DNA from: an uncultured Candidatus Rokubacteria bacterium
GTDB lineage: Bacteria; Methylomirabilota; Methylomirabilia; Rokubacteriales; DASRDR01
DNA length: 64,000 nucleotides
Direction: 5' to 3'
NCBI GenBank assembly: GCA_963708025.1
Contig: CAVPSB010000017.1
Location: forward strand, 39,617-103,616
A program made the position numbers and the translations under genes. Below the pieces are notes generated by a model. It made no database searches. It saw only the letters and a list, made by a program, of their open reading frames with translations, and was not told the DNA's origin. Positions 20,279 through 28,895 of this stretch are shown here, piece after piece. Within the stretch, counting starts at the first letter, position 1, and every line of letters begins with the position of its first letter.

Positions 20279-20485
20279 ATGGCGCAGCGTGAGCCGGCCG
20301 GGCCCTTCTGTTTCGACTGCGTCCACTACCCGGAGGCGCCCGCCGATCTCGAGGAGTCGGCGCCCGACCGGGTCGCCGGCCGGAGCCTCACCGCCGACTT
20401 CTTCTGTCCCCGGATCCGCCGGCAGGTGAAGCCGACCTACGCCGCCCGCTGCGACGAGTACCAGGAAGCCGAGCCCGAGGACTGA
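20279..20485 (+). CDS. Small four-cysteine protein (68 aa)
   Basis: MAQREPAGPFCFDCVHY...FFCPRI...AARCDEY; ends 8 nt before trkA. Confidence 0.6.
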   Translation: MAQREPAGPFCFDCVHYPEAPADLEESAPDRVAGRSLTADFFCPRIRRQVKPTYAARCDEYQEAEPED

Positions 20486-20493
20486 GATACCGC

Positions 20494-21837
20494 ATGCGTA
20501 TCATCGTGATCGGTGCCGGCGAGGTCGGCTATCACATCGCCGAGCGGCTCTCCCACGAGGCGCACGACATCGTGGTGATCGAGCGGAACCCCGAGGTGGC
20601 CCGTCGCGTCCAGGAGAGCCTGCGGCTGCCGACGCTCGAGGCCGACGGCTCCTCGCCGGGCGCGCTGGAGGAGGCGCGGGTCCGCGAGGCCGCGATGGTC
20701 ATCGCCGTCGCCGACGTGGACGAGGTCAACATCGTCGCCTGCGCCATCGCCCATCAGTACGGGGTGGCGACGAAGATCGCCCGGGTCCGCAACCTCGAGC
20801 TGGGCGGGCACCCCATCCTCCAGGGCGGCAAGGTCCTCGGGATCGACCTCCTGATCAACCCGAACCAGGTGGTGGCCGACGAGATCCTCCGCGTCATCAA
20901 GACGACCGGGGCCGCCGAGGTCGCCGACTTCGCCGAGGGCCGCGTCCAGCTCCTGGGGGTCAAGATCGGCCCGCAGGCGCCCGTGGTGAACCGCCGCCTG
21001 CGGGATCTGCGATCGGTCCAGGCCTCGTGCCCCTTCCTCGTGGTGGGCATCGCCCGCGGGGACCAGCTCATCGTGCCCACGGCTGACACGGTGCTGGCGG
21101 CCAACGACCACCTCTACGTGGTCAGCCGGCGGGAATACATCCCGGACATCCTGGTCCTGCTGGGCCGGACCAGCGGCGCCACCCGGCGTGTCCTCATCAT
21201 CGGCGGTGGCCGGATCGGGCTCCGGGTTGCCCAGGCGCTCGAGGCGGAGCATCTGACGGTCACCGTGATGGAGCGCAGTCGGAGCCGGTGCGAGGAGCTG
21301 GCCAAGCAGCTCACCCGGTCCCGGGTGATCCACGGGGACGGCACCGATGTGCGCCGCCTGATGGAGGAAGGGCTCTCCGACGTGGACGCGCTCGCCACCA
21401 TCACTGACGACGACGCGGCCAACCTCCTGGCCGCGCTGCTTGGCAAGCGCTACGGCGCCAGGAAGGCGGTGGCCCTCTTCAAGCGCCCCGACCTGATCCC
21501 GTTGGTGGAGTCCCTCGGCATCGACGCGCCCATCAGCCCGCGGCTCCTGACGGCCAGCGTCATCCTGAAGTTCGTCCGTCGGGGTCGTGTCCTGTCGGTC
21601 TTCGAGCTGCCGGAGAGCGAGGCGGAAACCCTGGAGGTGGTCGTCCTCCCGGGCACGCCGGCGGCCGGCCGGTCGCTCGAAGCGCTGGCCTTCCCCGCCG
21701 ACGCGCTGGTGGGGGCGATCGTCCGGGGCGAGGACGTCCTCGTCCCAGAGCGGACCACGGTGCTCGAAGTCGGTGACCACGTCATCTTGCTGGCTCTTCC
21801 GCGGGCGATCGGGGAGGTCGAGCGCCTCTTCGGGTAG
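20494..21837 (+). CDS. trkA: Trk potassium uptake system NAD-binding subunit
   Basis: Two RCK_N/RCK_C pairs: IGAGEVG, IIGGGRIG, HGDGTD; 447 aa. Confidence 0.93.
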   Translation: MRIIVIGAGEVGYHIAERLSHEAHDIVVIERNPEVARRVQESLRLPTLEADGSSPGALEEARVREAAMVIAVADVDEVNIVACAIAHQYGVATKIARVRNLELGGHPILQGGKVLGIDLLINPNQVVADEILRVIKTTGAAEVADFAEGRVQLLGVKIGPQAPVVNRRLRDLRSVQASCPFLVVGIARGDQLIVPTADTVLAANDHLYVVSRREYIPDILVLLGRTSGATRRVLIIGGGRIGLRVAQALEAEHLTVTVMERSRSRCEELAKQLTRSRVIHGDGTDVRRLMEEGLSDVDALATITDDDAANLLAALLGKRYGARKAVALFKRPDLIPLVESLGIDAPISPRLLTASVILKFVRRGRVLSVFELPESEAETLEVVVLPGTPAAGRSLEALAFPADALVGAIVRGEDVLVPERTTVLEVGDHVILLALPRAIGEVERLFG

Positions 21838-21916
21838 GGTCAGCCTTTCAATCTCGACGACCTTCGGAGCGGCCGGGGAACAGTCGGAGAATGTTAGGAT
21901 TGAAAGGCCCGACCCC
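21837..21916. repeat. Family A repeat copy 2
   Basis: gggtcagcctttcaatct ... ggattgaaaggcccgacccc. Confidence 0.8.
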
Positions 21917-21933
21917 AGAGAGGAGGCTCTCGC

Positions 21934-23118
21934 ATGTCTGACGCCGTCATCGTCTCGACCGCCCGCACGCCGATCGGCAAGGCGTATCGCGGCGCCTTCA
22001 ACAACACGCACGGTGCGACGATGGCCGGCCACGTCATCCGGCACGCCGTCGAGCGGGCCGGCCTGGAGCCCGGCGAGGTCGAGGACGTGATCCTCGGCTG
22101 CGCCATGCCCGAGGGCGCGACCGGCCACAACATCGCGCGCCAGTCGGCGCTGCGGGCGGGCCTCCCGGTGACCACTGCCGGCGTCACGGTCAACCGGTTC
22201 TGCTCCTCTGGTCTGCAAGCGATCGCCATGGCCGCCCACCGCGTCGTCGTCGATCGGGTCCCGATCATGGTCGCCGGCGGACTCGAGTCGATCAGCCTCG
22301 TGCAGAACGAGCACCAGAACAAGCACCGGCTGCGCGAGAGCTGGCTCGAGGAGCACAAGCTCGAGATCTACATGACGATGATCGAGACGGCCGAGGTCGT
22401 CGCCCGGCGCTACTACATCACCCGGGAGGCGCAGGACCAGTACGCGCTGGCCAGCCAGCAGCGTACGGCGGCCGGCCAGCGGGAGGGTCGCTTCGACGCC
22501 GAGATCGTCCCGCTCCCCACCGTGAAGCTCGTCCAGGACAAGGCGACCGGGGAGATCCGCGAGGAGGCGGTGACGCTCACCCGCGACGAAGGGAACCGTG
22601 CCGACACCACGATCGAGGGACTCGCCGCGCTGAAGCCCGTGACCGGCGAGAAGGGGCACATCACCGCCGGCAACGCGAGTCAGCTCTCCGACGGCGCCTC
22701 GGCGTGCGTGGTCATGGACGCGAAGCTGGCCGAGCGGCGGGGTCTCCGCCCGCTCGGGATCTTCCGCGGCTTCACGGCGGCCGCCTGCGAGCCGGACGAG
22801 ATGGGGATCGGGCCCGTGTTCGCCGTCCCGCGGCTCCTCGAGCGCGTCGGCAAGCGGATGGACGACGTCGACCTCTGGGAGCTGAACGAGGCGTTCGCGG
22901 TGCAGGTCGTCTACTGCCGGGACCGGCTGGGGATCCCGATGGAGAAGCTGAACGTGGACGGCGGGGCGGTCGCCATCGGGCACCCCTACGGGATGAGCGG
23001 CGCCCGCATGGTCGGCCACGCCCTCATCGAAGGCAAGCGGCGGGGCGCCCGTTACGTGGTCTGCACCATGTGCATCGGCGGCGGCATGGGGGCCGCCGGT
23101 CTCTTCGAGGTCGCCTAG
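21934..23118 (+). CDS. Acetyl-CoA C-acyltransferase (thiolase)
   Basis: [42 protein letters not shown]. Confidence 0.95.
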   Translation: MSDAVIVSTARTPIGKAYRGAFNNTHGATMAGHVIRHAVERAGLEPGEVEDVILGCAMPEGATGHNIARQSALRAGLPVTTAGVTVNRFCSSGLQAIAMAAHRVVVDRVPIMVAGGLESISLVQNEHQNKHRLRESWLEEHKLEIYMTMIETAEVVARRYYITREAQDQYALASQQRTAAGQREGRFDAEIVPLPTVKLVQDKATGEIREEAVTLTRDEGNRADTTIEGLAALKPVTGEKGHITAGNASQLSDGASACVVMDAKLAERRGLRPLGIFRGFTAAACEPDEMGIGPVFAVPRLLERVGKRMDDVDLWELNEAFAVQVVYCRDRLGIPMEKLNVDGGAVAIGHPYGMSGARMVGHALIEGKRRGARYVVCTMCIGGGMGAAGLFEVA

Positions 23119-23130
23119 CCGGCCGCCAGG

Positions 23131-23331
23131 CTAGCGCGGCTCGGCGGTTCCCTCCTCCCCTTCGGGCGGCGGGACGTTGCCGCCGACCTGGGACTCCCAG
23201 TCGATCGGCGGGCCGCCGCCCGACTCGCGGCCGGCCTGTTCCTGCTGCTTGGCCTCGCGCTTGGCCTCGCGCTTGGCCTTGCGCGCCAACTCCTTCCGCC
23301 GCTTTTCGCCACTGTAGGACCGTCGCCCCAT
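23131..23331 (-). CDS. Small charged hypothetical protein (66 aa)
   Basis: GGAGG upstream; YSGEKRRKELARKAKREAK...GPPIDW. Confidence 0.65.
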   Translation of the reverse strand: MGRRSYSGEKRRKELARKAKREAKREAKQQEQAGRESGGGPPIDWESQVGGNVPPPEGEEGTAEPR

Positions 23332-23525
23332 TCCCTACCTCCGTCTTTGGTCGGCAGCCTCGGCCGCCGACGGGCGTCTGGTGTCGGCCGCCGCCACGCG
23401 TGTGCCGCCGCTCTCGCCCCGGTCGACCGCCGACGGGCGTGGTTCCCGGGTAGTGAACGGGCCCTCCGGAGCGCCCGGGAGGGCTCGCACCCGAGAGCGG
23501 AGGGGCCGGAGGGCTCGCCCTTGCT

Positions 23526-25052
23526 TCACAGAACCGGGCCGATGATCCAGGGCGCGAACTCCTCCTCGCCGACGCCGGCCTCCTCGCTCTTGGTCTTTTT
23601 CCCGGAAGCCACCGCGACGACCTCCTCGAAGATCTGGCGGCCGACGACGGGGAGCGGCGTCCCTTCCAGGATGACGCCGCAGTTGATGTCCATATCCTCT
23701 TCCATGTTGCGGTAGACGAGCGAGTTCGTCGCGAGCTTGATCGACGGCACCGGCTTGCACCCGAACACCGACCCGCGCCCGGTCGTGAAAACGACGATGT
23801 TGGCGCCGCCGGCAACCAGCCCGGTCACCGACACGGGGTCGTGGCCCGGGGTGTCCATGAACACGAAGCCGCGGGTCGTGATCGGCTCCCCGTAGAGGAA
23901 GACGTCGGTGAGCGGTGTGGTCCCGCCCTTGGTCACCCCGCCCAGCGATTTCTCGAAGACCGTGGTGAGGCCGCCCGCCTTGTTGCCGGGCGCCGGGTTG
24001 TTGTCCATCTCGGCGCCCAGCACCCGGCAGTAGTACTCCCACCACTTGAAACGATCGATCAGCTTCTTCGCCACCCCCTCGTTGACCGCCCGCCGGATCA
24101 GGAGGTGCTCGGCGCCGTAGATCTCCGAGGTCTCGGCCAGCACGCCGGTGCCGCCGTAGCGCACCAGCTCGTCCACCGCCCAGCCGAGGGCCGGGTTGGC
24201 CGTGATCCCGGAGTTCCCGTCCGATCCGCCGCAGTTGGTGGCCAGGATCAGCTCGGAGACGGGCTGGCGCGTGCGCCGCGCCTCGTTCGCCACCGGCAGG
24301 AGCTGCTCCACGGCCTTGACCCCGGCCTCGATCGTCTTCCGGATCCCACCCGATTCCTGGATGGACAGGATCTTGGGACGCCCGAGCTTCTGGCGATCGA
24401 TGAGCGGCATCGTCTGGTTGACCTCGCAGCCGAGGCCGATCAGGACGTAGGCGCCCACGTTCGGGTGACGGGCGTAGCCGCCCAGCACGCGCATCAGCGC
24501 GTCGTGGTCCTCGCCGAAGAGCTTGGTGCCGCAGCCCGACTTGTGGGTGATGGCGATGACGCCGTCCACGTTCGGATAGGTCTTCTGCACGTCCCGGAAG
24601 CGCTCGCGGATGAACTGGCAGACGCTGGCCGAGCAGTTGACCGTGGAGATCACGGCGAGGTAGTTGCGGGTGCCGACCCGGCCGTCCGCCCGCTGGAAGC
24701 CGTCGAAGTAGCGCATAGCGGCCGGCGGGTAGTACTCGACGGGTCGGACGTCCGTGCCGACCTCGTACTCCTGGTGCAGCTCGCCCACGGCCAGGTTGTG
24801 CGTGTGGACGTGCTCGCCCTGTGCGATGGGCTGGGTGGCGAACCCGATCACCTGGCCGTACCGGCGGACCGGCTCGCCCTCGCCCCGGGACCGCCACGCC
24901 ACCTTGTGACCGGGCCGGATGTCGCAGACCACCGTGAGCCGACCCGCGCCGTCCTCCAGCACGGTGCCGGCCGCGATCGGCGCCTTGGCGATCACCACGT
25001 CGTCGTCGGGATGGAGGATGATCGCCTTGTCCCGGAGGTCGTGAGTCGGCAT
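23526..25052 (-). CDS. uxaA: UxaA family altronate/galactarate dehydratase with SAF domain
   Basis: HPDDDV, GHKVA, HVHTHN, GTRNY, CGGSDG, EKSLG, FTTGRGS. Confidence 0.88.
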   Translation of the reverse strand: MPTHDLRDKAIILHPDDDVVIAKAPIAAGTVLEDGAGRLTVVCDIRPGHKVAWRSRGEGEPVRRYGQVIGFATQPIAQGEHVHTHNLAVGELHQEYEVGTDVRPVEYYPPAAMRYFDGFQRADGRVGTRNYLAVISTVNCSASVCQFIRERFRDVQKTYPNVDGVIAITHKSGCGTKLFGEDHDALMRVLGGYARHPNVGAYVLIGLGCEVNQTMPLIDRQKLGRPKILSIQESGGIRKTIEAGVKAVEQLLPVANEARRTRQPVSELILATNCGGSDGNSGITANPALGWAVDELVRYGGTGVLAETSEIYGAEHLLIRRAVNEGVAKKLIDRFKWWEYYCRVLGAEMDNNPAPGNKAGGLTTVFEKSLGGVTKGGTTPLTDVFLYGEPITTRGFVFMDTPGHDPVSVTGLVAGGANIVVFTTGRGSVFGCKPVPSIKLATNSLVYRNMEEDMDINCGVILEGTPLPVVGRQIFEEVVAVASGKKTKSEEAGVGEEEFAPWIIGPVL

Positions 25053-25205
25053 CTCAGAATCCTCTCGTCGTTGGGCCAGTCCGCTCTCGCGAGCCCATGT
25101 CCTTGGCCTTTATACCACACCGGCAGCGGTCACGTACCCGGGCGCCCCTGACGAACGCTCTGACCGCCTCGAATCGGCACCCTGTGGACGGAGACGCAGT
25201 ACCGC

Positions 25206-26027
25206 TCAGCCGAGCCAGGCGAGCAGGCAGTCGGCGAGGGCTCGCGGGGCGTCGAGAGTCACGTGGTGATGGGCGCCGCGCAGCTCTTCCAGCCGCGCGG
25301 AGGGGATCGCCTTCGCCATCCGCTCGGCGAGCTCACGGGGCAGGACCGCGCTGTGCTCGCCGCGGACGATCAGGGTCGGCGCGACGATCCGGGCGAGCAG
25401 CGGCGAGGCATCGACCGGCGTCCGGGTCTGCTCGCACGCTGGATCGAAGCGATAGGCCCAGCGGCCGGAGGGCAGGCGCCGGATCCCGCGCGCACCGACC
25501 GCGCGGACCAGGGCCGGTGGCGCGGTGGTTCCGGGCGGAGACAGACGGAAGCGCCCGAGCGCGGCCTCGCGGCTCGGGAACTCGTGGCGGGGTCGCTCCC
25601 CCCGCGCCTGGAGCGCCTGGAGTCGCTGGATGTTCACCATCGGCTTGGCGTCCACCACCACCAGCCGAGCCAGCGCCGCCGGGTACCAGGCCGCGAACGC
25701 GAGCGCCGCGTGGCCGCCCATCGAGTGGCCCGCCACGACCACCCGTTCGAGGCGCAGACGCTCGATGACGCCCAGGAGGTCGGCCGCGAAGTCCTCCGAG
25801 CCGTAGGCCGGCGGCCGTGGCCAGTCACTGCGCCCGTGCCCCCGCCAGTCCAGGGCCAGGACGCGGAGCCGCCGCGTCAGGCGCGGCGCGACCGGATCCC
25901 ACCAGTGGGCATGCGCGGCGGAGCCGTGGAGGGCCAGAAGGGGCGGCCCCGCGCCGCCCCAGTCGCGATACCGGAGGCGGAGCCCGTTCACCGTGACGAA
26001 GCGATCGCGGACGGCGCCCACCGGCAT
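25206..26027 (-). CDS. Alpha/beta fold hydrolase
   Basis: LHG, LDWRGHGRS, GHSMGG, C-terminal His; ATG 26027 lies 7 nt after TATAAT (alternative start 26036). Confidence 0.88.
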   Translation of the reverse strand: MPVGAVRDRFVTVNGLRLRYRDWGGAGPPLLALHGSAAHAHWWDPVAPRLTRRLRVLALDWRGHGRSDWPRPPAYGSEDFAADLLGVIERLRLERVVVAGHSMGGHAALAFAAWYPAALARLVVVDAKPMVNIQRLQALQARGERPRHEFPSREAALGRFRLSPPGTTAPPALVRAVGARGIRRLPSGRWAYRFDPACEQTRTPVDASPLLARIVAPTLIVRGEHSAVLPRELAERMAKAIPSARLEELRGAHHHVTLDAPRALADCLLAWLG

Positions 26028-26086
26028 GGGCGCCATTATACGGGGCGGCGCCAGGGGCGCGTGAAGTCGCGTGCTAGGATGGCCCG

Positions 26087-26983
26087 ATGGCGATGGTGTT
26101 CGTCACGGGCGGCACCGGCTTCGTGGGCCGCGCCGTCGTCGGAGCGCTGCTCGCCCACGGACATCGGGTCCGCTGCCTCGCGCGTCCCGGCTCCGCCGGA
26201 AAGCAGCCTCGCCGCGACGGGGTCGAATCCGTGGCCGGCGACGTCACGCGGCCGGTGGGCCTGGCCGACGCCGTCCGGGGGGCCGACGCCGTCGTGCACC
26301 TGGTCGGCATCATCCGCGAGTTCCCCGAGCGCGGGATCACCTTCGAGCGCCTCCACACCCGGGCGACCGAGAACGTGCTCGGCGCCGCGCGGGAGGCCGG
26401 CGTGGGCCGGTTCCTCCACATGAGCGCGCTCGGGACCGGACCCGAGGCCCGGAGCCGTTACCACCAGACGAAGTGGGCCGCCGAGGAGGCCGTGCGAGCG
26501 AGCGGGCTCGGATGGACGATCTTCCGGCCATCGGTCATCTTCGGTCCCGGCGACGGGTTCGTGAGCCTGATCGCGAAGCTGGTGCGCTGGTTCCCCATCG
26601 TGCCGGTGATCGGAGACGGTCGGAACCACTTTCAGCCGGTGGCCGTCACCGACGTGGCGGAGGCCTTCGCCCGTGCCCTCGAGCGGCCGGCGACGGCGGG
26701 CCAGACCTTCGAGGTGGCCGGCCCGCGCGCCTACACCTTCGACGAGATCGTCGACGAGGTCGGAGCGGCGCTTGGACGCCGGCGGGTTCCCAAGCTGCAC
26801 CACCCGATCGCGCTGATGGCGCCCGTCGTTCGCGTGCTGGAGCGCGTGCCGCTCTTCCCGCTGACGAGCGATCAACTCCTCATGATGCGCGAAGGCAGCA
26901 CCTGCGACCCGGGGCCCTTCGCCCGCGCGTTCGAGATCACCCCGGCGCCGTTCGCGGCCGGGATCCGCGCCTACCTCCGCTAG
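26087..26983 (+). CDS. NDUFA9-like NAD-dependent epimerase/dehydratase (atypical SDR)
   Basis: VTGGTGFVG, HLVGII.E, MSALG, YHQTK, FRPSVIFG. Confidence 0.9.
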   Translation: MAMVFVTGGTGFVGRAVVGALLAHGHRVRCLARPGSAGKQPRRDGVESVAGDVTRPVGLADAVRGADAVVHLVGIIREFPERGITFERLHTRATENVLGAAREAGVGRFLHMSALGTGPEARSRYHQTKWAAEEAVRASGLGWTIFRPSVIFGPGDGFVSLIAKLVRWFPIVPVIGDGRNHFQPVAVTDVAEAFARALERPATAGQTFEVAGPRAYTFDEIVDEVGAALGRRRVPKLHHPIALMAPVVRVLERVPLFPLTSDQLLMMREGSTCDPGPFARAFEITPAPFAAGIRAYLR

Positions 26984-27001
26984 CGCCGCCCGGCTCGCCC
27001 G

Positions 27002-27289
27002 TCAGGCGACTCGATCGAGCGACTCGCGGCCGACCTCGTCGAGGCGCGCCCAGAGCCGGCGGAGCTCGCCGACGGCCGCGCGCCAGCGGGCGAAGGTCGC
27101 GTCGGCCGCCCGGAGCGCCTCGTAGAGGTCGCCGACCTCCTCCTCCACTCGCTCGATCGCTGCCCGCCACTCCGGGTCGCGGGCGCTCAGCCGCTCCAGG
27201 GCCCCGGCCTGGTACCGCCCTCGAAGGTCCTCGACGAGCGCGTCCAGGTCGGCGCGGGCCAGCATCTCCAGCACACCTGTCGCTGCCAT
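27002..27289 (-). CDS. Hypothetical helical protein (95 aa)
   Basis: AAGGAGGA before ATG; typical codon usage. Confidence 0.7.
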   Translation of the reverse strand: MAATGVLEMLARADLDALVEDLRGRYQAGALERLSARDPEWRAAIERVEEEVGDLYEALRAADATFARWRAAVGELRRLWARLDEVGRESLDRVA

Positions 27290-27312
27290 GACGTCCTCCT
27301 TCTTTCGCCCGT

Positions 27313-27402
27313 CATGTTAACACGTGTTGAGTTAAAGACCGGGAAAACCTCAGGAGCCATCCGTGAGAAGCCTTTCGGGGTCACATCACATGGAAGTATA
27401 AT
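27313..27402. promoter_or_regulatory. AT-rich divergent control region with palindromes and TATAAT
   Basis: tgttaaca and aacacgtgtt palindromes at 27315-27328; TATAAT 27397-27402. Confidence 0.5.
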
Positions 27403-27508
27403 ATCTGCTAGTAACAACCAGCTGCGGCGTGGCGGGGGGCCGTCCTCGTCGTGGTTCACGGTCGGGAAGCACCGCCCAGAACCTGACTGTCCAGGAGGAG
27501 GCCCCGCA

Positions 27509-28057
27509 ATGAAGTCGACCGGATCGTGGCTCTACGTTCTCGCCATCGCTCTCGCGGTCGTCGTGGTGCTGGCACCCGCCTCGATCGCCCAGGCCGGCCC
27601 TTCCGGCGCCATCTTCACCACCAACGCCGATGGCACGTTCGTCAACGGGAACGTGTACGACGCCGCGACCGACGTGTACCTCAACGGCGGACCGCGGCCC
27701 AACGCGCCCTGCACGGCGGCTGGGCTTCCGGACGGGGTACTACGTCTTCCAGGTCACTGACCCCTCCGGCGCCGTGCTCCTCTCGATCGGACACTCTCGA
27801 GGACCGGAAGGTACAGTTAGGGCGGAGTTATCGTCGACTTCCTGGGCTCGGATGGCAGCCACGTCCTCTCGGACGGGCCATGCGACAGCAAGACCGTGGC
27901 GCTCTCGCCCTTCGCCGAAACCCCGAACCCGGGTGGGGAGTACAAGGTATGGATGACACGGGTTGAGGATCTCGACCCTTATGGCCGCTTTCTCCACAGT
28001 AAGAGCAAGACGGACAACTTCAAGGTCGTCCCGTCAGACGCCGGCGACGGCGACTAG
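27509..28057 (+). CDS. Secreted protein with an uncharacterised extracellular domain, frameshifted
   Basis: AGGAGGAGG+ATG; signal peptide; GAIFTT..DVYLNGGP, YYVFQVTDPSG, TPNPGGEYKVW, SKTDNFKV across frames; TAG 28055-28057. Confidence 0.7.
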
Positions 28058-28086
28058 AGACGGGGAAGGATGCGAGCCCCCGGGCG

Positions 28087-28887
28087 TCAGCGCGAGCGCG
28101 CCCGGGGGCTCAGGGCCATCAGCAGGCGGTCCACGAGGCCGGGGGCCAGGTCGTTCAGCAGGAAGAGCAGGCGCGCCGGCGGATAGGGGTGGACCTCGGC
28201 CCGGGGCCGGCGCAGCGCCCGCAGGATCATCCGGGCCACGTGCTCCGCGCTCTGGATCGGGCCGCCGCGGCCAGGGACGCCGAGGCGGTTCTCCTCGAGG
28301 TCGTGGAACTCCGTCGCCGTCCCGATGGGGCAGACGCAGGTGACGTCGATGCCGTCCCCGCGCAGCTCCATGCGCAAGGCCTCGGACAGCCCGACCAGGG
28401 CGAACTTCGAGGCGACGTAGGCCGCCCGGAACGGGCTGGCCCGCTTCCCGACCACCGAGGCGACGTTGACGATGTGCCCGCGGCCCTGCCGCCGCATGTG
28501 CGGCAGCGCCGCCAGGACGCCGTAGACGGACCCCAGGAAGTTGACCCGCATGATCGCCTCGAACTCGGCGCTGCTCGTCTGGGCCACGGTGGCCAGCATC
28601 CCGATCCCGGCGTTGTTGACCAGGACGTCGAGCCGGCCCCAGGCCGCCACGGTGCCGTCGACGAGCGCTTGCACGGCCGCCTCGTCGCGCACGTCCGTCG
28701 CGGCGATCCGCGCCTCGCCGCCGGCGGCCCGCACCTGGTCGGCCACCCGCTCGAGTCGGTCCTTGCGCCGGGCCGCCAGCGCGACCCGCATGCCCGCCCG
28801 GCCACACTCCACGGCCGTCGCGGCGCCGATGCCGCTGGAAGCGCCGGTGACGACCACCACCCCGCCACGCAACGGGCGAGCCGCCAC
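28087..28887 (-). CDS. SDR family oxidoreductase
   Basis: VTGASSGIG, LVNNAG, YVASK. Confidence 0.92.
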   Translation of the reverse strand: MAARPLRGGVVVVTGASSGIGAATAVECGRAGMRVALAARRKDRLERVADQVRAAGGEARIAATDVRDEAAVQALVDGTVAAWGRLDVLVNNAGIGMLATVAQTSSAEFEAIMRVNFLGSVYGVLAALPHMRRQGRGHIVNVASVVGKRASPFRAAYVASKFALVGLSEALRMELRGDGIDVTCVCPIGTATEFHDLEENRLGVPGRGGPIQSAEHVARMILRALRRPRAEVHPYPPARLLFLLNDLAPGLVDRLLMALSPRARSR

Positions 28888-28895
28888 GGCCCCGG

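Noticed and set aside
20437-23019. Very long antisense ORFs (also 6885-9218, 49334-51415, 60065-62965)
   Set aside because: Shadow frames of real genes, expected in high-GC DNA; no motifs and skewed composition
23360-23445. Guanidine-II (mini-ykkC) riboswitch
   Set aside because: The loops do not form the G-ACGR-C closure and lie on the wrong strand for the adjacent gene
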